This document shows positions 25,237-34,407 of a DNA stretch of 39,015 bases, one piece after another; the first letter of the stretch is position 1, and every line of letters begins with the position of its first letter. This DNA is from an uncultured bacterium (GTDB lineage: Bacteria; Krumholzibacteriota; Krumholzibacteriia; WVZY01): positions 1 through 39,015 of the forward strand of contig CAZYCB010000047.1 of the NCBI GenBank assembly GCA_964645735.1, read 5' to 3'. The notes beneath the pieces were generated by a model. That model was not told where the DNA came from, searched no databases, and saw nothing but the letters and a program-made list of their open reading frames with translations. The translations under genes were made by a program, and so were the position numbers.

Positions 25237-27474
25237 TTAGCCAAACGATTCGGGATCCACATCCCATCGGAGATCGATCGCGCCGCTCCCCCGCACATCG
25301 TTCATGGTTTTGCGGCACGCTCCGAGGAGTTCGTTTTTGACCGAGGAAGAGAGCGTCCCTTTGATCAGCACGTGCTCGCGATAGCGGTTCTTCACGCGTT
25401 CGACGAGAGGCGAGGCCGGACCGAGGATATCCACCGCCGCACCGAACCTGCCGCGCACATCGGTCGCCCAGGCCTGGGCGACGCGGTGGACAACCTCTTT
25501 GCCAGCTCCGCTGAAGGTGGCGAGAACGAGTCTGGCGAAAGGCGGATACCGGAGTTGCTGCCTGAGCGAGAGCTCCTCTTTCATGAAACCGTTGTAATCG
25601 TACTCCTTCAGATATTTGAAAACGTAATGATCGGGAGAGAACGTCTGGACGACGACTTCCGATTCACCCCCCGAACGGCCCGCCCTTCCCGCCACTTGCA
25701 CGAGCTGGTGAAAGGTTCTCTCTGCCGACCGGAAGTCCGGGTAGTTCAAGCTTTCCTCGGCGTAGAGAACGCCGACGAGATTGACACGCGGAAAGTGGTG
25801 TCCCTTCGCCACCATCTGCGTGCCGATGAGGATCCCGTACTTCCCGGTGCTAAACTGCTCCAGCACTCTGCGGTGCCCCTCCTTGCCTCCGGTCGTGTCG
25901 GCGTCCATTCGGAGGATTCCCACGCCGGGCAGCAGTGATGCGAGATCGAGTTCGACTCTCTGAGTCCCCGCGCCGGCAAAGAAGAGCTTCGGGCTCCTGC
26001 ACTGATCGCACCGAACCACGGGCGCCCGGCTGAAGCCGCAGTAGTGGCACTTCAATCGGTTCGCGACGCGGTGGTAGATCAGCGCAATGTCGCAGTTTTT
26101 GCACTTCGCCACCCATCCGCAGGCGTTGCACTGAATGAAACGGGCGTGACCGCGCTTGTTGAGAAAAAGGATGCTCTGGTGTCCTTTGCGCGCGTGGGTC
26201 TCCAGGCGATCGAGGAGATACGCCGAGCAGAAGGCGCTCTCCACGGGCTCGTTTCTCAGATCCACGAACTGTATGGGCGGCAGGGGTGCTCCGCCGATGC
26301 GGGTGGGGAGAGACACATACGCGTATCGGCCGTCCAGCGCCTGGCGCAGCGATTCGGCCGACGGCGTGGCCGAACCGAGGACGATGGCGAGGTTTTCAAG
26401 CTTACCCCGCATCAGCGCGACGTTCCGTGCGTGATACCGCGGTTTGTCCTCCTGTTTGTAGGAGTCGTCCTGCTCTTCGTCGACGATGATGAGCCCGAGA
26501 TCCTTGACCGGACTGAACACCGCCGACCGGGGACCGAGCACCACTCTGCAATCCCCTTTCTCGACCTTCTCCCAGATCTCGAAACGCTCGGCGCCGGAGA
26601 GGCGGCTGTGGATGACGGCCATCCGGTCTCCGAATGCCCGTTTGTATCGCGTGATCGCTTGCGGGAGAAGGCTGATTTCTGGGACGAGAATGATGCAGCC
26701 GCCTCCTCTCGACAAAACGAGTTCGGCGGCGCGAAGGTACACCTCTGTCTTCCCGCTGCCGGCAACTCCATGGAGGAGGGTTGCGGAGAACCGTCCCGTC
26801 GAGATCGATTCCGCTATTCTCTCGAGGGCGCGGCTCTGATCGGGCGCGAGACTCGAAACGGGGACATCCATGAATTCGAGCGGCGAGACCGTAACGGTGC
26901 GGCGTCTTCCGGCAACGCCCTTGTCGACGAGGGCCTTTATGTGAGCGGCGGTGAAGCCCCAATCCGTGGTGATCGTGCTCGTGTCCGCCTCCCCTCCCGC
27001 CTCGACGAGGTGTTCGGCGAGGGAGAGCTGCCGGCGCGCGCCCTTGAGTTTCTCCCGAAGAGCCTCCATCCCGCCGCTCGCCTCGAGCTTCAGCGAAACG
27101 GTGCCTTCGAGTTTTCCCTTTCGTGTCGACCGTTTGAGACTCGACGGGAGGACGGCCTGAGCGGCTTCTCCCAGCGAACATCCGTAGTACGACGCCAGCC
27201 AACGCGAGAGATCGAGAAGCGCCGGCGCGATGTGGGTCTCGGACACCGCCTGGATCGGTTTCGTGTGTTCCACATCCGGCGCGTCGGCGAGCCCCACGAC
27301 GATACCGCTCAGAGTCCGTCGCCCGAACGGCACTTCGACGCGGCGGCCGACGAAGACCTCCGTGACAAGGTGGTCCGGTATTTCGTACGTGAAGAGCGTC
27401 GCCATGGGAAGCGGCAACGCGACTTTGGCGTACGCGGGAACGTGCTTGGAAACATGATCGTCTTCAGCCGACAT
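25237..27474 (-). CDS. priA: primosomal protein N' (replication restart helicase PriA)
   Basis: 745 aa. Walker A GVAGSGKTEVY, DEEQD box, and a Cys-rich zinc region (CNACGW..CKNCD..CHYCG..CDQC). Confidence 0.95.
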   Translation of the reverse strand: MSAEDDHVSKHVPAYAKVALPLPMATLFTYEIPDHLVTEVFVGRRVEVPFGRRTLSGIVVGLADAPDVEHTKPIQAVSETHIAPALLDLSRWLASYYGCSLGEAAQAVLPSSLKRSTRKGKLEGTVSLKLEASGGMEALREKLKGARRQLSLAEHLVEAGGEADTSTITTDWGFTAAHIKALVDKGVAGRRRTVTVSPLEFMDVPVSSLAPDQSRALERIAESISTGRFSATLLHGVAGSGKTEVYLRAAELVLSRGGGCIILVPEISLLPQAITRYKRAFGDRMAVIHSRLSGAERFEIWEKVEKGDCRVVLGPRSAVFSPVKDLGLIIVDEEQDDSYKQEDKPRYHARNVALMRGKLENLAIVLGSATPSAESLRQALDGRYAYVSLPTRIGGAPLPPIQFVDLRNEPVESAFCSAYLLDRLETHARKGHQSILFLNKRGHARFIQCNACGWVAKCKNCDIALIYHRVANRLKCHYCGFSRAPVVRCDQCRSPKLFFAGAGTQRVELDLASLLPGVGILRMDADTTGGKEGHRRVLEQFSTGKYGILIGTQMVAKGHHFPRVNLVGVLYAEESLNYPDFRSAERTFHQLVQVAGRAGRSGGESEVVVQTFSPDHYVFKYLKEYDYNGFMKEELSLRQQLRYPPFARLVLATFSGAGKEVVHRVAQAWATDVRGRFGAAVDILGPASPLVERVKNRYREHVLIKGTLSSSVKNELLGACRKTMNDVRGSGAIDLRWDVDPESFG

Positions 27475-27480
27475 GCGGTG

Positions 27481-27509
27481 AGTATAGCGGCGGTAAGCGC
27501 GGGGGGCAA
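27481..27509 (-). promoter_or_regulatory. promoter for priA (TTGCCC-N17-TATACT), leaderless-type spacing
   Basis: Minus strand: TTGCCC (27509-27504), 17-nt spacer, TATACT (27486-27481), then CACCGC, then ATG 27474. No SD is possible. Confidence 0.5.
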
Positions 27510-27534
27510 GAGAACGGCGACTGTTTCAAGTGCC

Positions 27535-27638
27535 CTGCTGGGTCGTTGAGAGCCCTTAGCGGGAGCGACCGAGGATCGCCCGGCCGCCGGCCGGGAAGCC
27601 GAGGGAAGCGGAGCTCAGGGCTCGAAACGACCCTACAG
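27535..27638. repeat. ~104-nt palindromic intergenic repeat, copy 2 (between the stand-alone REC gene and priA)
   Basis: ctgctgggtcgttgagagccc...gggctcgaaacgaccctacag. See copy 1. Confidence 0.9.
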
Positions 27639-27672
27639 CGCACAAGAACAGCGCACACACGAATGGCGCCGA

Positions 27673-28050
27673 CTATTTCCTGCAGCCGATGATTTCTTCG
27701 ATGCGGCTTACCAGACGGTTCGGACTGAAAGGTTTGACGATGTAGTCCACCGCGCCCACCTCGAAGCCGAGTCTCTTGTCGGCTTCTCGTCCCTTCGCTG
27801 TCAGGAGGATAACGGGAATGTTCTTCGTTTCCGACCGCCGCTTCAGCCGGCGGCAGGTTTCGTAGCCGTCTAGAACGGGCATCATGATATCGAGGACGAT
27901 GAGGTCGGGCTGCGCGTGGACCGCTTTTTCAACGGCGAGCTCTCCGTTGTTCGCCGTGATCACCTCGAAGCCCTCCGCTCCGAGACTGAAGTCCAGGATC
28001 TGCAGAATGTAAACCTCGTCGTCCACGACAAGTATCTTTCCCTTGCTCAT
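27673..28050 (-). CDS. stand-alone response regulator receiver (CheY-like)
   Basis: 125 aa. ILVVDDE, phospho-acceptor context LIVLDIMMPVLDG, LTAKG, and the conserved Lys in DYIVKPF. Confidence 0.9.
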   Translation of the reverse strand: MSKGKILVVDDEVYILQILDFSLGAEGFEVITANNGELAVEKAVHAQPDLIVLDIMMPVLDGYETCRRLKRRSETKNIPVILLTAKGREADKRLGFEVGAVDYIVKPFSPNRLVSRIEEIIGCRK

Positions 28051-28077
28051 GCAATGCTCCTGTTTGGTGTCCGTCCA

Positions 28078-31000
28078 TTACGCCGGCTCGGGGGCGCGCG
28101 TGCTCGCAGGTTCCTCGGCGCCGACGAGTCGCTGCGGGCTCCGCTCGGCCGCAATCTCATCGATAGCCTCTACGAACGCATCGGCCACCCTCGGGTCGAA
28201 GAACGTCCCGGACCGGTGTTTCAGAATCTCCTTGGCTTCATCGAACGTGTACTTACGCTGGTACGGCCGTTCGGATATCAACGCCCTCAGTGCGTCGGCC
28301 ACGCGGAGGATTCTCGCGGCCATCGGGATCGATGTTCCCTTGAGTCTCCCCGGGTAGCCGCTGCCGTCGTAGTTCTCGTGATGGTAGAGAATGATCTCTT
28401 TGACCGAGGATTCCGGCTCGATCGCTCCCAAGAGTTCGTTGCCGATGATCGTATGGTTCTCTATCTCTTCCCTGTCTTTCGGCGACAGCCTCGTCGGTTT
28501 CTTCAGGATGTGGTTTCCTACCTTCGAGAGCCCGAGGTCGTACACGGCCAGAACGTACGGGAGCGACGTTCTCGTTTCTCTGTCGACCTGAAGCTTCGCT
28601 GCCACGCGCGTGACGAGCGCCGTGATGTACTTGTTGTCGCGCGGGTCGACGAACCGCATTGACTCGAGCATCGCGGCGTATGCATCGCGCACCCGTTCGT
28701 ACGAGAAGGAAACATCGGTGAAATGCTCGACCTTTTTCAGCGCAACGGTGAGACGCTTGGCGAAAAGCTCGAGGAGTTCGCAGTCGCCGTCGCCGAATTC
28801 GCGCCTGCCCATGGGACTCGACACGTTGAGGACACCGATCGCCTCGCCATCCCTGAGGATGGGTACGCAGAGAAATGATTTCGATCCGTACACCGGCTCG
28901 TTGTTGCCCCTTGCCACTCGTCCGTCTTCCTCGATGTTCCTGACCAGCATCGGCCTGCCGTCAGCGGCCACTTGTCCCGATATCCCCTCGCCGAGCTTGA
29001 CCTTCGTATGCTCGACGACTTCTTCCTGGGTGCCGATGGCGGCCTCGATGCGCAGTTCCTTGTCCACGGGATCGATGAGCATGAGCGAGACCTTCGACGC
29101 CCCCATGAGTTCCGCGACGTTCTCGACGACCAATTCGAAGAATCTCTCGAGTTCCAGCCGCCGCACCGTGCTCGTCACGTTCATCACGTGCGACCGCGTG
29201 ATCGCCTGCTTCTTCGGTATCACGGCGACGAACCGCGCCCCGCCCTCGGCTGCGTTCTGCACCCAGATCCGGCCGTCGTGCCACTCGACAACGCTCCTGC
29301 ACAGCGCGAGCCCGAGTCCCGACCCCCCGTGTTCCCTCGTGTCGGAGCTGTCGACTTGATAGAACTGATCGAACACCTTCTCGAGCTGGTCCTCGGGAAT
29401 CCCCATGCCGTCGTCCTCGACGATGATCCGCGCCGACGCGACCTCGTCCTCGAGCCGCATCCACACGTTGCCCCGCGGTTTGCAGAACTTGGAAGCGTTG
29501 TGGAGGAGACTCACGACGAGCTGCCGGATCAAATCCTTGTCCGCGTGAACGACGACCGGTTCGCCGGGCAGATCTTGATTCAGAGTCACTTCCTTGAGCT
29601 CGAAGTTCCGCGAGAGTTCTGCGGCGGCGCCCGTCATCACCTGGTTGAGATTGCACGGACGCTTCTCCGATCTCATCGTCCCCGACTCGATCTGGGAGAA
29701 ATCGAGAATGTCCTCGACGAGCGTCACGAGTTTTCCGCTCTCCTCGTCGATCACGAGTAGGAATTCTTTGAGGAGGTTCTTGTCCACGCTGTCCACGTTT
29801 TTGATCAGTGTGTCGCAGTACGCCTTGATCGAAGTCAGCGGCGTTCTGAACTCGTGCGACATCGTGGCGACGAAGTTGGACTTCATCTTGTTCACGCTGG
29901 CGAGCTTGTTGGTGAGATTCTTCAGTCTGTCGTCTTTTTCCCGGAGCTCTTCGAAAATTGTCGCGTTGCGGATCCCGATCACCGCAAGAATCGATATCTT
30001 CTCCAGAGTCTCGATCACATAGCTCAGCGAGAGCGTCGTGTCGTCGGGGGTTTCGACGGTGAGATAGCCGATCGTCCTGTTCTCGTCGCCCGCAAGGGGA
30101 ACGATGAGCATGTCGATCTCGCCCCAGGTGCTTTCGACCAGCATCGAATCCTCGTTCGCCGCGATGCCCGGGGGAGTATCCTTCTTGATGAAGTAACTTC
30201 TGCTGATGCGGGAATGGGGGTCGATCATCTTTTCGAATTCCGATTTCGGAATACGATAGCTCACTACTTTCTCCACGAGAGCCGGATCGAGTCCGATGTG
30301 CGCGCGCGTTTCGAAGCTCTGTGCCTTATCGTTGAGGAGCCTCAGCGTGACCGTCTTGAACCCGAGGTGCGTCCGAATCACGTCGACGATCATCTGAAGG
30401 ACGTCGTCGAGCGTCCGCCGCTGTTGAATCAGAATCCCCATCTGAAGGATCTTCTCGAGGTTCGCCGCCTTGCGCATGGAGGCAAGCGCTTGCTCCTTCT
30501 GTCTGATCATCAAATCGTTGCTGTCCGCGTAGATATCCTTGGCGATCCTATTGAGCTTCGCGAGATCGTCCTTCGCCGCCTCCATTTCGGTTTTTCTCGA
30601 GCGCGCGGCGGCCTCCCTGCCCGCCCCCCAACGCACGTACCCGTCGAGAAGGACGATGACGATCACCGCGATGGCGGCCACGTCGGACCACCTCGCCGAT
30701 TGGAGCATCCACCAAATCGAGTCCTCCCTGACGAATAGCGTCGCCTGGTAGAGCGCCCACGAAACCGTCATGATCGCGGCCACGCAGGCCGCCCCGAATT
30801 CCTTCGTCCGGGTCCGCAGCGCCCGCGAGAACGCGAACGCGGCGGTTCTGATCGTCGCCCCGGCCAGCATGGCGTTGACCGTCCCGACGACGAGGTCCAT
30901 CCTGGTTCCTGCCAGACGCGCGGCAACGAACGCCGCGGAGAAAGCGATTCCGAAGAGCAGCATTTCGCGGACGAGTCCTTTGGGGAGCGCAGCCGGGCCT

Positions 31001-31374
31001 CGGACGAGGCTTTTGTCCGTGGAACCCGTTCCGGAAGAGTCGGCACCGGCCTCTGCGTCCCTGCTGTTCCCCAGCGCCTGCAGCTTCAACGCGGAAAGGC
31101 AGAGGAAGCAGAAGGCGACGAGACTCAGAAGCGAGAAGAGAAGCACCCGCACGCCAAGTCCGCCGACAGGGGCGCTGCGAACGTCCCAGAACAGCAGGCG
31201 GGCTGTCCCGAAAGCCACGAGAGCGTAGGCCAGCGAGAAGAAGACGTCTCGAAAGCGCGTCGTGCGTCCGCGCCATAGCGAATACGCGGCGACGCTTCCC
31301 AACGCGCCCGTGAGGAGAATGTACCCCGTCATTCCCGCGTTGCCGAACTGCAGTATTTCCTTGAGCAAGTTCAT
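28078..31374 (-). CDS. membrane sensor histidine kinase with C-terminal GAF and degenerate HD-GYP domain (TM-GAF-HisKA-HATPase-GAF-HD-GYP)
   Basis: 1098 aa. About 250 aa of hydrophobic helices, then a GAF domain. H-box MSHEFRTPLTSIKAY. HATPase with DDGMGIP and GGSGLGLALCRSVV. Second GAF (GEGISGQVAADGRPMLVRNI). HD-GYP region with HHENYDGSGYPGRLKG, but YD (AVYDLGLSKV) where HD is expected. Confidence 0.85.
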   Translation of the reverse strand: MNLLKEILQFGNAGMTGYILLTGALGSVAAYSLWRGRTTRFRDVFFSLAYALVAFGTARLLFWDVRSAPVGGLGVRVLLFSLLSLVAFCFLCLSALKLQALGNSRDAEAGADSSGTGSTDKSLVRGPAALPKGLVREMLLFGIAFSAAFVAARLAGTRMDLVVGTVNAMLAGATIRTAAFAFSRALRTRTKEFGAACVAAIMTVSWALYQATLFVREDSIWWMLQSARWSDVAAIAVIVIVLLDGYVRWGAGREAAARSRKTEMEAAKDDLAKLNRIAKDIYADSNDLMIRQKEQALASMRKAANLEKILQMGILIQQRRTLDDVLQMIVDVIRTHLGFKTVTLRLLNDKAQSFETRAHIGLDPALVEKVVSYRIPKSEFEKMIDPHSRISRSYFIKKDTPPGIAANEDSMLVESTWGEIDMLIVPLAGDENRTIGYLTVETPDDTTLSLSYVIETLEKISILAVIGIRNATIFEELREKDDRLKNLTNKLASVNKMKSNFVATMSHEFRTPLTSIKAYCDTLIKNVDSVDKNLLKEFLLVIDEESGKLVTLVEDILDFSQIESGTMRSEKRPCNLNQVMTGAAAELSRNFELKEVTLNQDLPGEPVVVHADKDLIRQLVVSLLHNASKFCKPRGNVWMRLEDEVASARIIVEDDGMGIPEDQLEKVFDQFYQVDSSDTREHGGSGLGLALCRSVVEWHDGRIWVQNAAEGGARFVAVIPKKQAITRSHVMNVTSTVRRLELERFFELVVENVAELMGASKVSLMLIDPVDKELRIEAAIGTQEEVVEHTKVKLGEGISGQVAADGRPMLVRNIEEDGRVARGNNEPVYGSKSFLCVPILRDGEAIGVLNVSSPMGRREFGDGDCELLELFAKRLTVALKKVEHFTDVSFSYERVRDAYAAMLESMRFVDPRDNKYITALVTRVAAKLQVDRETRTSLPYVLAVYDLGLSKVGNHILKKPTRLSPKDREEIENHTIIGNELLGAIEPESSVKEIILYHHENYDGSGYPGRLKGTSIPMAARILRVADALRALISERPYQRKYTFDEAKEILKHRSGTFFDPRVADAFVEAIDEIAAERSPQRLVGAEEPASTRAPEPA

Positions 31375-31395
31375 CGTTTCTAATCGACCGCCGAG

Positions 31396-34300
31396 TTATC
31401 GGTACGAGGGACTTATCACGACCTCGTGCAGGGTCTTCTTGAACTCGAGGGCCTGCTGCTTCGAGAGCGTGCCCTCGTCGACCAGCACTTCGATGAAGAC
31501 TTCCACGACCGTCTTGTCGAACTGGTGTCCGGAGCATTCGACGAGCTCCCTCGCCGCTTCGATCACGCGCCGCGGCTTGCGATAGGGTTTTGCGGCCATC
31601 ATCGATTGGTACGCGTCTATCACTGCCAGAATCCTCGCCCCGAGCGGTATCTGATCGCCCTTGAGCCCGACCGGGTAACCCAACCCGTCCACCCTCTCGT
31701 GGTGGTAGAGCGTGATGTTGCTCACGAGTTCCACGAACTCCAGCGGCCGCATCAGATCCGTGCCCTCCTGCGGGTGCCTCCGAATCTCCTTTATTTCGTC
31801 GAGCGTGAGATTGAATGTCTTGTTGAGAATCTCGTCGCTGATTTTTGTCATGCCGATGTCGTGGACGCTTGCCACGTACTGCAGTACCTTGACTTCCTTC
31901 TCGTTCAGCCTGAGCTTTCTCGCCGTCTTCATCGTCAGCATCACGATCTTCTCGATCGCCTTGGTTTCCACCTGCTTTTCGACGAGCTTTTCGAGAGCTT
32001 CCACCGTGTCTCGCAACCCGATCCCCGCATCCTCCGCAGTGCGGAATCTCTCCAGCGCCTTCGATATTCTTTCTCCGAACGACATGAGAAGGTTGAGATC
32101 GTCCTGGTCGAAGGGCCTCCCCGAGATCTTGTTGTTCACGTTGATGACGCCCACGACGACGCCGTTGACGATGAGCGGAGCGCTGAGCAGCGAGCGCGTC
32201 TCGTACTGGGGGTTATTCGGCGCGCTGTGCACATCGTTCTTCTCGATGTTGTCGATGAGCAGCGGCTTCCCTGTCTCTGCGACTTTCCCCGCGATACCCT
32301 CTCCGACCTTCACCCGCGCTTGCTCGACGATCCATTCCTCGAGCCCGTAGGATATCTTGATGAATAGCTCGGAGCGCGTCCGGTCGAGGAGCATCAGCGA
32401 TATGATTTTTGCCGAGAGGAGCTCCGCGATCATCCGCACGATGAGGTTGAGCATCTCGTGGAGATCCGTCTTCGAGCTGATGAGTTCGGAGAGGAACCCG
32501 AGCGGATCGTTGCCGCAGTGCTCCTTGGGTAGCGCGATGATGAACTTGCTTCCGACGTTTTCCTCGCTCTCCACGCGAATCGTCCCGCCGTGCCGTTCGA
32601 TGATGTTCTTCACGATCGCCAGGCCCAGGCCTATGCCGTCGGCCATTCTCGACTGGGCCGACTTCACCCGGTAGTACCTCTCGAATATCCTCTCCACCGA
32701 AGCCGCTGGGATGCCGATTCCCTGGTCCTCGATGGTGAGTTCCACGTTCACCGCGACCTCTCTGCCGTGCACGTGGACCGTGGTTCCCTGTGGCGAGTAC
32801 TTGACGGCGTTGGCGATGAGATTGATGAACATCTGGATCGTGAGGTCCCTGTCCGCGTCTATTCTCGGGAGGTCGTCGGGTATCGTCACTTCGAGCTTGA
32901 TGTTCTTCTCGTCGAGCTTCGGCTTGAGGGTGTTGGCGACCTCTTCGACGATCTCTCGGACGGCGAGGGGCTGTCTCGAGAGCGGCCGCTCGCCGAACTC
33001 GATGTTGGATACGCTCAGGATGTCGTTGACGACGCGGATCAGCCTCTCCGTCTCCTTGCCCACGATGTCGAGGAACGCGCGCTTCTCCTTGAAATCCGGA
33101 TTGTCCAGGTGCTGGGTGATCGTCTCGACGTACGCCTTTATCGACGTGAGCGGCGTCCTCAGCTCGTGCGAGACGTGCGATACGTACTCGAGTTTGAGCT
33201 GGTTGACCTTTTCCAGCTCGCCGACTTTTTTCTCGTACCCGTCGATCTTCCTCCGCAGAGACTCGTAGAGCGTGCTCTTGGCTATCGCGATCACGAGCTG
33301 GTCGCAAACGATCGAGAGGAGCCGCACGTGCTTGTCCTCGATCGCTCCCGGAGCGGCATCGCCCACGTACACGACGCCGATCACCCTGTGGCCCGCGTCC
33401 AACGGGCAGCCGACGGCGGATCGGACGTTCGCCCCCTTGAACAGAACCTCTTCGTCAGCTCTTCTGTCCGTCCGGACGTCGTCCACGATCACCCGGCGGC
33501 CGGTGTCCGCGATCCACTCGGTCAACGGGCCGATGCGTCCGTTTGTCCCCGGCGCGTTCTGGCCGGTCTCGGGAGCGCCGACGGACTCCATGTGCGTGAT
33601 CTCGCGGTTCGAGTTGAAGAGCACGATGCTCGCCCACGGTCGCGATGTGAGCATCGTGGCCTCCTTCGCGACCATCTTGAGGAGCGTTTCCAGCGTCATC
33701 ACGGCGTTGATTCCCAGGCTGATATCGTAGAGGCGGGAGAGCTCTTTGATCCTGTCCTCGAACTCACGGTCCTTTCGCCTGAGTTCGCCTATCGCCCGCG
33801 CGGAGCGGTCCTGAAACGCGGAGGCGAGAAACAGGATCAGACTCAAGAAAGCGCAGAGCACGAGGAGCGAACCGACGTAGAAGTTCCCGTCCAGATAGAA
33901 CCGGTCGTCGAATGGGTAACAGTTATGGTGCGGTATCACCCCGCGTATCTCGAGATATCCCACGAGAGCCACAGCCCCGGTGGTCGCCGCGAGAAACAGG
34001 ATGGCTACGCGCGTTCGACCGAGAATGTGTCTGGCGAAGAAAAGCGGCACGGCAAGGAGCAGGAGGAACGGGCTTCCGATGCCCCCCGTGCCGTAGATGA
34101 TTCCAAGAACGCCGAGAAGGTCCAGAACGCTCGAGGACCACTCGAGAACCCTGTTGGCTGTCCACACCGACCAGCCGCGGCGGGCGGCCAAGCGCGTGCA
34201 CAGCCGCTCTCCCCCGACGTGGAGCGCTGCGGCGACGGGGAAAAGAAGAAAGAGGTACGGGCTGTAATTGAAGCCGGCGATCTCTCTGGCCACCACGACG

Positions 34301-34407
34301 ACGGCGAGAAACGCCAGCAGCTCCATAATGCGGAGTTTCAACACGTTCACCGGGCTCTCGTCGCCGCGGTCATCCCGGCGGTCGTTTGAGCTTCTTGTCC
34401 ACGTCAT
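31396..34407 (-). CDS. membrane sensor histidine kinase with C-terminal GAF and HD-GYP phosphodiesterase domain (paralog of 28078..31374)
   Basis: Start ATG 34407 overlaps the stop of the upstream kinase (ATGA); the ORF-track start 34662 is an artefact. ~1003 aa. TM region and GAF. H-box VSHELRTPLTSIKAY. HATPase with EDQGIGIP and DGIGLGLAIVKNII. Second GAF (GEGIAGKVAETGKPLLIDNI). Canonical HD-GYP (ASVHDIGMTK, HHERVDGLGYPVGLKG). Confidence 0.85.
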   Translation of the reverse strand: MTWTRSSNDRRDDRGDESPVNVLKLRIMELLAFLAVVVVAREIAGFNYSPYLFLLFPVAAALHVGGERLCTRLAARRGWSVWTANRVLEWSSSVLDLLGVLGIIYGTGGIGSPFLLLLAVPLFFARHILGRTRVAILFLAATTGAVALVGYLEIRGVIPHHNCYPFDDRFYLDGNFYVGSLLVLCAFLSLILFLASAFQDRSARAIGELRRKDREFEDRIKELSRLYDISLGINAVMTLETLLKMVAKEATMLTSRPWASIVLFNSNREITHMESVGAPETGQNAPGTNGRIGPLTEWIADTGRRVIVDDVRTDRRADEEVLFKGANVRSAVGCPLDAGHRVIGVVYVGDAAPGAIEDKHVRLLSIVCDQLVIAIAKSTLYESLRRKIDGYEKKVGELEKVNQLKLEYVSHVSHELRTPLTSIKAYVETITQHLDNPDFKEKRAFLDIVGKETERLIRVVNDILSVSNIEFGERPLSRQPLAVREIVEEVANTLKPKLDEKNIKLEVTIPDDLPRIDADRDLTIQMFINLIANAVKYSPQGTTVHVHGREVAVNVELTIEDQGIGIPAASVERIFERYYRVKSAQSRMADGIGLGLAIVKNIIERHGGTIRVESEENVGSKFIIALPKEHCGNDPLGFLSELISSKTDLHEMLNLIVRMIAELLSAKIISLMLLDRTRSELFIKISYGLEEWIVEQARVKVGEGIAGKVAETGKPLLIDNIEKNDVHSAPNNPQYETRSLLSAPLIVNGVVVGVINVNNKISGRPFDQDDLNLLMSFGERISKALERFRTAEDAGIGLRDTVEALEKLVEKQVETKAIEKIVMLTMKTARKLRLNEKEVKVLQYVASVHDIGMTKISDEILNKTFNLTLDEIKEIRRHPQEGTDLMRPLEFVELVSNITLYHHERVDGLGYPVGLKGDQIPLGARILAVIDAYQSMMAAKPYRKPRRVIEAARELVECSGHQFDKTVVEVFIEVLVDEGTLSKQQALEFKKTLHEVVISPSYR

